NCBI GenBank assembly: GCA_050575255.1
Contig: JBNZDD010013634.1
Coordinates: 1,950,280 to 2,014,279 of the forward strand
Direction: 5' to 3'
Origin: Harriotta raleighana
Taxonomy: Eukaryota
DNA length: 64,000 bases
Below, one piece after another: positions 14,522-29,337 of this stretch; positions within the stretch are counted from its first letter, which is position 1; the number at the start of each line of letters is the position of its first letter. A program made the translations under genes and the position numbers. The notes under the pieces were generated by a model. The model had not been told where the DNA came from. It worked only from the letters and a program-made list of their open reading frames with translations, and did not search any database.

Positions 14522-15254
14522 TATGCCTGGCAACAGAAAGTGTATGATACGGTTAATAATTAAGAGGAATCGCTTCCGATTTGGAGAATGGCTGCTACTG
14601 TATTTTGACCTTGAGTACAACACCATTAACCAATAGAAGTGTATTGTCCGAAATAGGGCTAAGTAGACACCCAAGGTCATGACCAGATTTTTTAAATATA
14701 AAATTGCCAAATTGTGTAACTAACAATAAATCTCGCTGGATGAGAGATGAGTATGGGGGGAGTATTAATTGTTAACCAAGGTTATATTTTAGCCAGAAAT
14801 CACTCATGTTCTTAGAATCTCTTTACATTGGGTCCATTGAACTATTTACCAGCCATCAATATTATGGTTTGTTAAAGAAGCTCTGACAATGTTGATTGTT
14901 TAGTACAGTACAATGCTACAGTTCAACAGCAATATAAGTAGATTTCTGCAGCAATTTGATAACTGTCCTCTCACTGATGTGCCGATGTAATCCGTTTACC
15001 GTTAGACTCCATTAGAGATGAATCTTTGTGCAAGATACTGAGCTTCTGTGATGAACTTATAGTTTGGGTTTACTGTAGTAGTTTAAAGGAACGTTTGTAC
15101 CTATTGTACACTGATAATGATCAATTTGAGAGCTTTTGTGAGTTCTTTGTGAGTCACAAGTCCACCTCTGCCAATTAGTAGTGTTTTTTTTGCGATATTG
15201 TATCCATTCTATTAATCAATTTTTTTGCAACAGCACCTCCATCCTGTTTAACTA

Positions 15255-15612
15255 GTGGAATCCTGTAGCTTAGTGGATAGAGCACTTGCCTCGCAAGTGA
15301 GAGGACCCGGGCAGAGTGAAACGTTGGAAAGGTTTCCTTACCCTACAAGCCTCTTTTTTTTTTACCTACCAGTAAATAGGAACCCGGTTGCTCGTAAATT
15401 AGCAGATCACTTTTCCGTGGGTAAAAATCCCCTCAAAAGAATGATGATAATTCGGTCATTCAATCGAAGACTGTTTGTGGGGCATTAGCTGACGTGTTTC
15501 ATCCACAAAATATACAGTCAATTCACTTTATGGTATGAACTGTGAAGTGCTTTGAGACGTTTCGAAGATGTGATAAAGCACTATATCAAATGCAAGGATT
15601 ATTATTATTATT
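15255..15612 (+). mobile_element. tRNA-derived SINE, near full length (dominant family, (TAT)n tail)
   Basis: Head gtggaatcctgtagcttagtggatagagc (A box), shared body, and tail aagcactatatcaaatgcaaggattattattatt. Confidence 0.88.
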
Positions 15613-18134
15613 AACTACCTCTACTGTGGCATGTTGAAGAAAGCTCTAATATTACCATTTGAATTGTTGAGACACAGTCCAGCTCTTAGACCTGATCACT
15701 GGAGCACTGCCTAAATGCTAAACTATCATTTATACTGTCACTGCTAAACCAGGATAAGTATATCCAAGCACACACTGCGAATGAGTTAAAAGTTCTGCAG
15801 TAGCAGTAAGCAGGTGGGATGAAAAAGGACCTCTTTGATCTGGGACTGTTTTTTCCCTCAACTACTAAGGCACTGTTGTTGGCACATGCATTGTCTCTGC
15901 TCTATGAACTCTGGCCGTCTTTTTGATGTAAACTTCAGAAACATGTTATATAGTAATCCCATTGGTGACAGAGGCTTTGATCTACAAATCTGATCAGACT
16001 TATCAAAGAGGCAACTGATAGGATCGCTTTAAACATATTTAAAATATCCTCGCCACTTTGGTAACTCAGGTGAGATGGCTCTTGTGTTGGTATGCTTTGA
16101 AAATACAGTAATAAGAATCTATGAAAGAGGTACTGATATATTACTTAGAAAACTTACATAGCATCACATTCAGACCAGCCAAGGCTCATGTACCAGGATC
16201 TATCTCTATTTCTTGGGAGAGTGATGGAAGTGATGTATGAAAATCAGGCCCGTTCTCTCCCCCATTCTGTCCCCTGATGGCGACAGCCTCATAATGGGGT
16301 GAGGGGCACAAGGAAATGCAAAACCTAAAGCCAATCATTTGCACTACTACTGGATCAGAAATCCGGCAGTAGCACTGCCCCTGGGCGAAATGATCTTTCA
16401 AAGAGATAAACATTAGGTGTGAACAGAACTCCTGGTCAAACAATCATGGAGCACCTGCTCAAATTGGGTGAATGCCTGATAAGTGGACGACCCCTCCAGG
16501 GGAATTTAACCCTGACATTTCCAATCTATTCCTTACCTCTGTACTCACTCCTGTCATTCAGCGACCTGAGTTGCACTGATTAATGGGATTTTTTTTTTGG
16601 ACAATCTAAAACGAGCCAGGAGTAATGACTTCAGATATTGGAAGCTCCTCCCTTACATTGTCTTGTGAGGCCTTGGAGCTTTGGTACATTGCCAAATGTA
16701 CAATGTCATTGCACCAATCAATAGCTAACAAGCTCTTAGATTCATCGCATTTTACAGAACTAAGAGAGGCATGAGGTCCTCATTGACTCACTGAAACACT
16801 GACTCAGACATGTGCAGAGTTATGGACATTCAATGAGACACTTTGTGGAACCCTGTACAGTGAAGTAGCCAAAGATTCAGTCAGTGAGGTTACAGAGCGC
16901 CAGGGAGAGAGAGGGAGCTGCCAGATAGGAAGGATGTCAGTGAGAGAGTACAAGATGCACAATGAATTATAAAGGAAGTGAACAGCACCTATTCTTAAGA
17001 ATTGTGGCCATGTTCGCCTCATTGCTGTTGGAGTGATATTACTAGTAAACAATAACAACAAATTGCATTTATGTAGCGCCTCTCAAATCAGGAGGATGTC
17101 TCGAGAGATGGGATTTTCTGCCCAAATTTTGAACCATATTGGAAGTTGATCGCAATCTTCTTCGATTATTTCCCGAAGCTGAGTGACAGACCTCAGCTCG
17201 CCTGTCACTATTGCACAATTATCTGCTAATGGCCAGTCAACATAACTTCCCTCAGGGGAAGCCTGCTGCGCTTTGCAGCATTTTAAAATGAGGTTAGGGA
17301 AGCTGGTCAGATATTATTGTAATCAAAGCCTTTCTTTCTTCCTTTAATTCTCCGCTATTAAGATTGCTCTTTCCTTTCCAAACCTACAGTCTCTTTCCTT
17401 GGGAGCATAGGACTCCTCTATCGGTTGCTCAAAATACATTCTGAGGTGAGTTTCTCACAGGGCAGAACAGCCCCTGACAGGAACCCAACCTTTGCCCTTT
17501 CCTCTTTCACCCCCTTCCGATCAGCCTCTGGTGCCTCATCATGTAGCACCAGCTGGGAACAGGGAAAGCTTACCCACCGAGGGCAAATGGGTTCAAATGT
17601 CAAAGTATTACAGGGTTTGAACTCTGTAGCCCTTTCTGGGAGGGAGTCCAACACAATGCCCTTCTGAGCATTTCTTACAAGCTCTCTTAACCATGTTTAC
17701 TCCTCTATCCCTCTTCACACATCCTCCGCTTACATCTGAGCAGCTACAAAACATCAGCAGTAGGTCAGGGTACCGGGAGAGGAAATTAGAGCCTAGAAAG
17801 AAGAAAAAATAACACACGAACGGAAGTCTGGTTCCCTCAAGCCTGACATCTTTGAGTTATTAGGAGAAAGATGTCTCTATATCACATTTTGTTTATTAAG
17901 CAGCTGGCCTTCTGCTGCACTTCTGTACAGCCATGCTGAACTTTCACACTCTGACACACTTCCATGCAGCATTGTGCATGAAACGCGAAAATGATATTTT
18001 TTGTGATACTGCTTACTTTGCTGATATTAAAATATTTTAAATATAAATGTGTGAATATATATTTTGGTATAAATATATATAAAATCTATAGGATAATTGG
18101 AGATAAGGTGAGAGCAACCAGTCAGTAGTGTAGT

Positions 18135-18404
18135 AATAATAGTAATCCTCAAAGCACTTCACAAAATATACTATAAAGTGAATTGACTGTATAGTTGTAG
18201 GCAAAATGCAGCAGCCAATTGCGCACAGCAGTGTCCCACAAACAGTCTTGGATTGAAACGACCAATTTTTTTTTTAAATTGCGTGATTATTACTAGCTGT
18301 GTGGAGTAAGGAAACTTGCCCAAAGTTTGACCCTGCCTGGAATTGAACCCAGGTTTCTAATTTTTAAGGTGAGTGTTCTAACCACTGATCTACAGGATTC
18401 CACT
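18135..18404 (-). mobile_element. tRNA-derived SINE, same family
   Basis: A and B boxes (gggttcaattcc) and shared body. Confidence 0.85.
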
Positions 18405-19171
18405 AGTGCACATCAGTATCCCAAGTGATGTGTGTCTACGTCCAATTCTTCCTCTCTCTGGAACACAGGATGATGTTAGCTTATATATGGAACCTACACC
18501 TCAGAGTCTGGCATCGCTGCAGGAAGAAGCCAGTTGAGGCCCCTTCTCCTCACCCCAGCCCCCCTCCCCCTCCCGCACTGCCACCCCAGTAGTAGGAGAG
18601 AGTGAACATGGAAAGCAAAGTGCCCGCTGCTTTTCTCCGCATGCCCAGCAACCAACCAACTCACTAATATTACAGGATCCTTAGAGCAGGACACATCCCA
18701 GCTGCTCTGTAACTAACTCACTGCCAAGAAAACCAGAGGGAGTGTGACCCTTAGTACAGCAAATAAGCAATTCCCACTGGGAACTGCAGAGTTTCGCCTT
18801 GCACACATTGGCCTGAATTGGAAGGTCAAGATTAAAAATAGTTTCCTCACTGAAAATCCAATTTGTATTTCTCACACAACCCTGTGTTTATATGTCGCAA
18901 CCTCAATGGTGAACTTCAAATGCTGTCTCAGATAGTAACTGAGGAGGGCTGAAATTGACAGCGCCAAGTATTCTCTGTGTAATCTTTCACACAAAAGGCT
19001 GGAGAAAAATCCCAACACCTAATCCGAGTGTTTGATTAATCAAATATAATGGATTTCTTTGTACTCAAAGCAAATCTACCTCTGCCCTGTTCCCAATCAG
19101 CAACCCTTCCTGCAAACCATTTTGCATATGTGTATAGACACACTGATCGCTGACACGAACAAGGCATGACA

Positions 19172-19452
19172 GAATGGTTCAGTTAGTAACATTCTTGCTT
19201 CTGAGTCAGAAAGCTCTGGGTTCAAGCCCCATATTAGGCTTTTAAGATCACAGTTTTGGCTGGCATACCAGTGCAGTAGTTGGAGTGCACTGCCCTGCTC
19301 GAGGTGTCATATTTTGGACGAGACATTGAACTAAGGTCCCACCTTGCCTGTTTAAGTGCATGTTAAAGATCCCGTGGCATTTTTTAAAAATTTCTCCTGG
19401 GTGTTCTGACAAACAATGCTACAAATAAATTTGGTCAAGCACTTCATGACTG
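19172..19452 (+). mobile_element. Old Deu-domain-type tRNA SINE
   Basis: Head ...cttctgagtcagaaagctctgggttcaagccc, then gaggtgtcatattttggacgagacattgaactaagg, resembling the DeuSINE central domain. Confidence 0.65.
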
Positions 19453-19466
19453 ATAATCTTCATTTA

Positions 19467-20390
19467 ATCATAGAATCATAGAAGTTTATGGCCCACCTAG
19501 TCTTTGAAAAGAGCAACTCAATCCCACTGCCCAGCTTTCTCCCCATAACCTAACAGACCTGTTCTCCCTAAATAAACATCTAATTCTCTTTTAAAAGCTG
19601 TTATCGAATCGGCTTCCACCACCTTTTCAGGCAATGCATTCTAGATTCGAACAACCCGCTAAGAGAAAAAAATTCTCAGCTCCCCTCTGCTTCAATTTGA
19701 AACTATTTTAAATCTGTGATCATGAGTCACAGATTCGCCCATCAGTGGAAACAGTTTTTCCTTATTCACCCTGTCATAGAATCATAGAATGTTATGGCAT
19801 AGAAGAAGGCCATTCGGCCCATCGAGTCTGTGCTTTGACAGAGCAATGTCACTTTCATTAACTCCAATCACCATCTTTCTCCCCATAACCCTGCAAACCC
19901 GTCTTCCCCAGATACCTATCCAGTTCTCTCTTAAAAGCTGCTATCAAATCGGACTTCACTATCCTTTCAGGTAGATCATTCCAAATTCGAACAACTCTAA
20001 CTTCCCCTCTGCTTCTTTTTGTAGATACCTTAAGACTGTGACNATAGCTAAGGTTCCCCATTCCTGGAATCATTCTCGTGAATTTCCTCTGCACCCTTTC
20101 CAGTGCCTTAATGTCCTTCCTGAAGTAAGGTGCCCAGAACTGGACGCAGTACTCCAGCTGAGGCCTAACCAGTGTTTTGTATAGATTAACCATAACCTCC
20201 CTACTCTTATACTCTATGCCCCTACTAATAAAGCTCAGTACACCAAATGCCTTTTTTACTGCTTTATCTACCAGCCCTGCTACCTTTAATGATTCGCTTA
20301 CTTGAACACCACTGTCAAATCCACTCATGATTTTAATAACCTCTACTGGTCTCCTCTCAACCTTCTCTGTTCTAAAGAGAATAAAGCTAG
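19467..20390 (-). mobile_element. Two adjacent CR1 LINE 3' fragments with RT C-terminal remnant
   Basis: ORF 19858-20508 contains LYKTLVRPQLEYCVQFWAPYFRKDIKALERVQRKFTRMIPG, typical of CR1 ORF2. Two (ATTCTATG)n tails near 19467-19481 and 19775-19790. Confidence 0.92.
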
Positions 20391-23300
20391 CATAATATAA
20401 TATATGATAATATAATACGATATATAATATACCGTAACACATAATTGGAGTGCTCACCTCGCAAGTGAGTGGACCCGGCTTCAAAGAGTACGCCACAAAG
20501 TGCTTCATGGGATTTACAAATATGCAGTCAAGTCCCTTTACAATATATTCTGTGAAGCACTTTGAGACGTTGATAAGATGTGAAAAGGGCTATATCAAAT
20601 GTAAGAATGATTATTATTAATGCAAAGTGTATCAACAATTTGTTTTAGCTGAATAAGGCAGACAATTTACTCATAACAATGTCTCACAAATCCTTTTGCA
20701 ATTGCCTACAAAATACACAGTCCTGGCACATTACAGCAATTCCTTATGAATCGCTTTGTGACATTTTAGCATTATAGATCTGATATCAAATCAAAGATGA
20801 TTGAATGTTTAATTCCATACTTAGGCGTATCCTGGATTGAAATTTATTTACTTTTGAAGGGGTTTTTAAATCCCTGAAAAAGTGCTCCACCAATTGCCTA
20901 ACAACTGGGTTCCTACTTACTGCTATGTAAGCAGCGACATGTGGAGTAAGGAAACTTGCCTAAGGTTGCACCCTGGCCGGGAATCGAACCCAGGTGAGCG
21001 CTCTAACTATGTTACAGGAATTCAGTTCCCAAACAATGCTTTCCAGTATTGATTGATTATAAGCTGTACTGCTGGAATTTTCCAGTCCAACGAATGAACA
21101 TTGGGGTTTTGATAAAAAGCACATTTTTTGCATAGGTAAGCACTGATATGGAATAGAATTTATTTAAGACCTTTTCAGCAGCTGCGTTTAACTCAACCCA
21201 GAGGTTTGATGTCTTGATTAAAGCCACTACAGTATTCTAAGGCATCAGACTTGCAGATTCCGCAAGGTCAGCTGAGGGCAGCCAGTTCTGCCTCCCACTC
21301 TTGAAGCACCTTCCACCCATTGCCTCTCCCACCCACAACACCTTTTTTTGGAAAAAAAACACAGCTTTTTTCTTTCTTGTCTTTGCGTAACACAGGGCAA
21401 ATTACGCAAGGAATTTTTTTCCTTTTCAGCAGTTTTAAAAAGAAACAGCTCCGGTAACCTGTCGGGTTTCACTTGCACCATCAGTTTAGTGTCAAGTTGC
21501 AAATGAGAAAAGTTTCAGCAAGGGTTGAACTTTCCAGGCGGATGTAAGATTTGGGATGCCTGGACATGTTTTTCAATATAAGGAATCGAGGTAATGGATC
21601 CTGCCGTTCACACAGACATCATCTGTGAGGTTTCTCTTCATTTCTGTTTCTTAGGATTGCAGATGAATCAGTATTTTGAGAAAATTGCCTGTTCTCAGAA
21701 AAACATTCTCTGATCCTTCAATGTTGAACATAATGTGATTTGGGGGTTGAACATTAGTAAGACAGCCAATTCCTTGATAAACATCCCTATAATCTGAGAC
21801 TTTCACTGAAAACATACTTATGAATTCAATCCACTTTACAATAAATTCCGTGGATCGCTTTGAAATGTCTCCCCCCAAAGGCACTGCACCAAATACAAGG
21901 ATTATTATTGTTAAGTGTTCATGTCACCAGCATGGACTGGCTTGGCCGAACGGCTTGTTTCCATGCTGTATGTCTGCAACTCAATGTTTAAATAGCCGAG
22001 GATGCTGAATTAGTGGAGAACAGTGATTAGTGGAGAACAAAGTTTAAAGCACCTCAGAACATTCCGCTGAAGACTTAGATGATAATAATCCTTGCATTTG
22101 ATATAGCACTTTTCACATCTTGAAGACTTCACAGAATATAGATGCTTCAGGCCATCCTCCCAATGTGAAAGGGGCTAACAAATGTAATTTGTTATTGTTA
22201 GGCACAGCGCAGAATGCTTGAGGTTAACTAAGAAAGAATAATTGTAAATTAGATGACGTTCGTATTTAAAATAACACAAAAATGGGCTGCATGTTTCCAA
22301 CAAAGCCTCCCCTTACGATGGGGTCTAATATACACCAATTTCTAACAGCATTTCTTTATGAGCATTCCAAGTGCAAACTCCTTCCAATAAACAGAATTAC
22401 GTCACATTGACCCATAGAAACTCTGTTCATGAAGTAAATTGTGTTAAACCAGATTTTCTGCAAATCAACATGGTGCACTTTTGAGTTTCCTTCCTAAGGA
22501 AATCCATCAGAAATCGTCATATACAGTATTAACTCCACTGTCACCCTTCAGACTGGTTACATAGCCTCAAGTGGTTTGCAAGTCTGAACACTCCAGACTA
22601 GACCCCTTCAAGGAAGGATCAGGTTACCTAAAGCTATTTCTTTTCTTCTGATGAAAGTCAAAGCCAACGGCAACTGGCACTGATTGACTGGGAGACTGGG
22701 AGATTCCAATATACCTTGTGTCTAGCGCTTGACTGCCAATGTGCCTCTACAAACCATGAACTAACTCGAAAGCAATATCCTGAAACATTCGAAGTGGAGT
22801 GGAATTTACGGGCTGCCAGGCAAACTATTGGATTGCCACAGGGTCGCTAACTGAGAACAGGAGGTTCTGGGGCAAATATTTGTTCAGATACTGTACAATC
22901 TCGGTGCATTTCTGCTCCGGCTCAACTGCAGTGTTATTTCTTCGACTATCACCAAATCAAATATAACTTTCCCTTTATAACAAGGTTTTGAAACTAATCT
23001 GTTGTGGAAACTAGACTGTGTTTAACTCCCTTTATGAACATGAAGCAAAAAAATCACTAGGGTTATAATAATCCCTACATGTGATACACTGCCTTTTATG
23101 TCATCTTAAAGTGCTTGTCAAGTAAATGCTGTGACTATGTACACAAGCAGAGAATCCCATTTGCACACAGCAAGGTCTCACAAACACCCATGAAGTGAAA
23201 GACAAATGTATCTAAATAAAAATAATCCTTCCATTTGATATAGTGCCTTATTATATCTTTACGATGTCTCAAAGCACTTCATAGCAACGCTTGTGTTGTA

Positions 23301-25544
23301 AAGTGGATCGTCTGTGTATTTTTGTGGCCAGTTGTGCACAGCAATAGACTCATATCTAAGGTAGTCTGTTGTGATTTATTTCATCTCCTCCCAAGAAAAT
23401 GTTCTTCTTATTTATTATTGGATGGCCAGTGATCAGCATATGTAGTCTGTCAATGGTGTCTGCTGGTGTTTGCATCTGTAAGTCCATTCTCTGGCAGTAC
23501 AGTATTCAAAAATAGAAGGTGATTTCTCCCAGCCAACAATCCTCCCCCCAAAAATGGTCATTCATGTTTCTGCCAGATAGTGACCAGGAACAGAAACCCT
23601 GTCTGATTTGTCTCTCTCCAACCTAGATCAAATGCAGTTCCCCATACTGCTACCCAATTGAGACCAGCTAACTCCAATTACAATGTTCCTTGTCTGCATG
23701 GCTCAGCTCCTCTGTGGATAAAGGCCCAGTAAAATGGAGAAACTAACTTTCCTGGAGACTGTCTCTGAATGGCAACTTTATATTTGATCAGCCTGCTATC
23801 TGACACACAGAAATCTATCACCATCGTTTGACGTATCAAAACCAGACTGACTGAGTTTAGACACTTTTTAGGCTCAATCTAAAAGCATTATCTTATCACT
23901 CTCATGCATAGGGATGGAAAAAACTCAAGACCTCGCTAATGGAAAAGTTACTGCCTAGTGCGAAACTGAGCCTTTTTCTTAAACCAGTTGGGTACCAGGT
24001 GCCCACCTAGCTGTGTCAAGCACTTTGAGACATCCTCATGGCGTGAAAGGCGTTAAATGAATGTGAAATTGTATTGAAGAGGCAAAACATGACATAGTAA
24101 TACTGTAATAACTGAGAACCTACAATCTGGGAACTGACAATTAATCGTTTGTTAATTTATCCAGAGCCAATGCATATGGAGTCTATTTGTAAGGTTTAAC
24201 ACACCCGGATCTCATTACCCTTCACACAATCCCACAGTAACAGTACAGGGCTATCAACAGGCCTCAAATATGCTATCCCAGATTCTGCTCATGGCAAACC
24301 ATGACAGGGTCAACTTCATTTGACTCCCCCACCTATCACCCCCATCCCCAGGCAAACAAGATTAGCGTTCAGAATAAAAACTCATCCTTCGGGATCAACC
24401 ATCTGATTGTAACCAGATCAGGCTGTGGAGAGAGAGGGAATGTGTGTGTGTGTGTGAAAATACAGAAAATCTTATTTCAGAGAGATTCCTGCTAATGTAC
24501 AGTATTAAACATCCCATACTCAATACAAAGGACAGCTACAAGTGCTCCTCCTACCCCCCACCACCACCTCCTCCCTCCCTCCACAGGGCTCGACATAACT
24601 ATTACAACACTCCAAGACGCTGCCTTACGTGAAGGGTGCTATATGAATTCAAGTTGTTGTTGTTCACAGGAGTTGAGTTCTGCAGACTGAGTTCACTGAT
24701 CTGTTCTAAAGAATCCAGGCCAATTTTTTTTGTGTAGGAGCTCCCAGTCCCAGGACTGACATGCTGACATCTCCGTGAAAAACAAATCACCCCCTTTCCT
24801 ATAACCTCCAGCCTCCTTAATCCATGCATCAGGCTCAAATAGTGATGCATTGCTTATTGCCTAGCAGCCTGGGAACACTCAGAGCAGCTGAGAACGCAAG
24901 AGCTCGACACTGCTACAGATGGTCTGTTTAACTGTTAGAAATCACATCATTCCAATAAACATAGCCTTTTTTTTAGCTTGTCAGATTGGATACCCGTGAG
25001 GAATCTATGGATTTGCTCAGTTTGGCCACTCACCATGTTGGAGGATGTTTAGTTCTGTGGTTACATTCCTAAGACATTTCCTGTCGTATTGCTGTGTGTG
25101 TGTGTTTTAGTAGTACAAACTGGGTCGGTCCCCAGTCCCTGGCTGGCGTTGTCACCCCACCATCTGCAGGCTCTCCAAGTGCATTGCTCTCTCAGGCGGA
25201 GAAGCCTATTCCAACGCAGGGTTTAAGCCGGATGGAAACAATTCACATCATACAGCCTAGCTCCCCAAAGTGTTTACTTTTTTTTGAGAAGAAACAAGGA
25301 GAAGATTTGTTGCTCGGTAGGCGGAAGCTCATTGTGGACTCTTGAGTGTCAGGCTACAAGTGATTGTATGATCAGAGCTTGTCCTCCTCTCTCTGCTTAC
25401 ACTCCCCTCCACCCCCACCCCTGACCACAACAGTCCTTTTTTTTTAAACCAGCTCTGGACTGTCACAGAGCCTGTCCTGACACCAAACCTCCCTCACACA
25501 AGGAGGTCATCTTGCTATCGATCGATTGTCCCTTTATCCCTTTT

Positions 25545-27065
25545 GTGGGAAATTTTCACCCACAAAATATAAGTCAATTCATTTTATGGTATATTCGATG
25601 AAGTGCTTTGAGAAGTCTCGATGATGAGCTACATCACAAGCAAGGATTATTATTATTTTATTTCAATCAACTCAGAGCCTATGTCCTCCTGCACTTAAGC
25701 ACAGAAGCTGGCTATAATGTTCTGTCAGATCATGTGTAAATGAGGATCGAGGGTTGGAATTCCACTCTTCTCTGATACAGAGAGAGGGAGAGAAGAATGG
25801 AATGTTTTCTTGCACTCAGTTTAACCCCAATAGCTGCTTACATTGCGTATGAAGCAAATGATAATAACATAATAATAATCCTTGCATTTTGATATAGCGC
25901 TTTTCACATCTTCTAGATGTCTCGAAGCACTTCACAGAGAATACTGATACAGTAATAAGAATAACAATACTTGCTTTTGATATAGCGTCTATGTAACGAT
26001 ATGTCATGCTGGTGAGCTATCTCAAAGCGCTGCACAGAATATATCGTGAAGTGAATTGACTGTAAAATTTTGTGGGCAGCAGCCAATCACACACGCTGGT
26101 TATATGTAATGCACTGCTATCTACAAGCTTGTATGGTTCACTGCACTGTTACACGCTATCAATGTCCATCTATTTACTGCACCTTGCGTTAAGGCAAACC
26201 CAGTGCACTCAAAGACTCCTCGCCCTTGGATTATCTCCCTTCTGCTTTTCACAAGACTTGATATTTCAAGAGTGAGACCTGTGTTCGATTCCGGGCAGAG
26301 TGAAACCTTGGGCAAGTTTCCTTACTCCAAATTAATCTGTCAAAAAAAATCTGATAATAAATTAGCCATTTCAATCCACGACTGTTTGTGGGACACTACT
26401 GTGCGCAATTCACTGCCGCGTTTCGCCCACAAATACAGTCAATTCACTTTACAATATATTTTGAAGCGTTTTGAGAGGTCCAGAAAACATGAAAAGTGCT
26501 ATAACAAATGCAAGGATTATTATTATTATTTCAGGTTCCCTGTGAAATGGCGACCCCTTCAACTTGGATAGGTCCCGACAGCGGAAGAGTATTTGAACAC
26601 AAGGGGGCATCCCACCCGATATCCATATAAAAATACATTCTTTTGAGAAAAAAGATACACGGGAATGAGAGGCAAGTTGCTCAGAGAGCTGGGAGCCTCA
26701 TATCAATCCACAATTCTTGGAGGCTGACCAATTTTGCAGCGTCTCAAATTTCACAGTTGTTCCCACTCAGTAATGCTTTTTCAAGCAGTTTCCAAGCTTT
26801 TTCTTTTCCATTTCTTTGCTTCCCAGTTGATACACAGAATATTTTCGTTTTTAAATCCCACTGGTTTGCCAACACCAAAGTAGCCCATTACCAGCTGGAT
26901 TCCATTTTAATCGGGAAGCAACACTGCATTGGCTTGTTACGTTTCACCCGCAAAATATAGTCAATGCCCTTTTACAGTATATGCTCTGAAGCGCTTTGAG
27001 ACGCCTGGAGGATGTGATAAGGCGCTGCATTAAATGCAAGGATTATTATTATTTTATTATTATTG
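25545..27065. mobile_element. Cluster of partial SINE copies, same family (about 25545-25660 +, 25860-26095 -, 26270-26530 +, 26925-27065 +)
   Basis: Repeated cagtcaattcacttt...tgcaaggattattatt blocks in both orientations. Confidence 0.8.
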
Positions 27066-29304
27066 TTCCTGGTCTGGATTCTGCTTCCTTCTCCAATATG
27101 TTGATATGTTGATTCTCTATTCTCATGGGAACTGAAACCATATTGGCCAATAGGAGCAGTCATACGAATTTTATGCCTCCCAACTACACTGCCTATCATA
27201 CCGTGAGGCCAGAATTAATACCAAAAAGGTTTTCTTTACTCGAAGGGTAATTAATAACAGGAACATGTTGCCAGGAAGGAAGATTGAGGCCAAGATATTG
27301 AGCTCCTAAAAAAAACAGCTCGATGAGAGAATGGTGGGTATTCTGGAGGGATGAGATCAGATGGGTTGACAACACAATAATAAATTGTTATATTTTGTAA
27401 TTGTAACTTATATAGTGCCCTTCATAGGGAAAACACCTCAATGGTGGAATGGGAGCTGAGAGATTGGCTGAAGGCACAGTCAGAGAGATAGTGCAGAGTC
27501 TTTAAATGGAATTTTGAAAGCTTACTAATGGAGCAAGATGGATGGGTGTTGGAAGATAATTCTAGTTTGTGGGGGCACAGTGGGTGAAAGCTCACTCACT
27601 GATTGTGTAATGAAGTGGGAATGGGGTGGTAATATGGTCGCAGAAGATCATGCAAATATACAGTCAGGAAAGTCAGTGGAAGCATTTGAAAGGAAGGACA
27701 GCAGTAACCAGTACACCATTCCTACAGCAGTAACCAGTACACCATGCAACTCAAATCCTTGGAATAGATTAGCAGTCTGTAAATCAATAATAATTCTCAG
27801 GCACTGCTGGTCCAAATTCAAGTGAATCAGTTAATTTTCTGCAGTTTCCTGTTTCAGTTTGTCTGCTCTGGCGACCACTTCACAATCCAATGATACATAA
27901 CTGAGAAGATAAGTTAATGGTCAGTTAACTGAGTCCTTGAGGCTAAATATACATTAGCCATTAATGCAGGAGATATATGTCCAGTTACAGCCTGGACTGG
28001 CTCGTTAGTACATTTTTTAATATAAGATACACCTGTAACACAGGTGTCTGCTCCCTCACATGGAACATTTCGATCAATTTGTGGTGATAAGCAAAGAAAA
28101 CAGAGCTTAGATGGAAAAGTTGATGCAATGCAGACGTTTCCTGTTTCAAAAATCCGGGGAAATATCTTAAATCAGCAAAAGAAAAGGAAAATTCAGTCTG
28201 GGAACCTCAGAATGGCTTTCTTAACCTGACCTTGCACATCGGTCTGCTGATCTTGACAATGAACAAGAAAAGAGGGCCTTTGGCTGCATATTGATATGTA
28301 ACACAGTACGTTAAAGGAACAGAAGGTCAACAGTCCAAACAATGCCCATGCTGGGAGAGAAGCCTACGTCCAAGGGGTAAACTCGCCCAAGCTTCTTGCT
28401 GCATTTGCTTTCAATTAGTTCCAGGTGCGTTTCTCCACTCTCCCCCCTCCCTCCTTCCCCAGGGACAAGGGAAAGTGTTCAGCCAGCACCAGCATCTTCC
28501 ACTCAGCACCAGACACCAGTGAACCAATCTGAAGCCAGCTTGATTGTTTGCACTCAGACAAAGACACAACTGTATGTAGTACAAGAGAGAAAGGGAGAGC
28601 TGCCAGGCTTAGCCCTGGGGATACAGAGAAGAAAAATGGTTGAGAATATCAATGAACCAAGTGATAGCCCTCACATTTAACATTAAAAGCTGTTAGTTGG
28701 CAAACAAGGGACTTCTTCATCGCCCAACCACCCAGAGGTCTGTCTTCAGAAAAAAACTAAGAAAAAAAACTGCAATTAGAAGACTGCAAATCAGTTCAGA
28801 TTGTAGTAGGTACCAACCCTTTCAGCCTTTGTTTCCACTGTTTTTTTTAAAAAAGGCAACAATTGACTGAAGACACACACACAGACACACATAAGACAAA
28901 TTCAAAAACTCGAAATTGATCACTTACAGTCTGCTTTTCACAGGAACATCACTCTTACCTTCCCCCCCCACACAAAAAAAATCACTGCTCACCTTTACCC
29001 AACCTTTCCCAGCCAAACACTGAGGAACATCACCAAATATGGTTGCATTTGCATTTTAGTGATTGTGAAAATTCTCCTCTGTATTTGCTTTAATAGAATC
29101 CAACTGTTAGCAAGTTTGAGCATGACATCAGAGAGCTTAGACTTGCCAATCCTCTGGTGAAAGCAAGGGTGGGAGGGGGCCTCTACAATGCTGGAAATTA
29201 TATATATACATATATATATATATACACACTGTACACACACACACATACAAAAATCCCCCCCAATGGATCTTGTTCGAAGCAGCTGAATTAAGAGTTCTCA
29301 TTAC

Positions 29305-29337
29305 CTGCTGGTTGTAGTGGATTCCTCTCTCCTCCAT
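29305..29337 (-). CDS. Candidate alternative first exon with short coding part or uORF (MEERGIHYNQQ)
   Basis: Strong Kozak agaATGG and donor CAG|gtaatg. Upstream (CA)n/(TCAC)n tract at 29465-29515 resembles the 48.5-kb promoter-like region. Confidence 0.35.

Noticed and set aside
15255-15320. tRNA-like sequences (also about 18330-18404, 20960-21020, 62330-62402)
   Set aside because: These are SINE heads joined to SINE bodies, without an intact cloverleaf.
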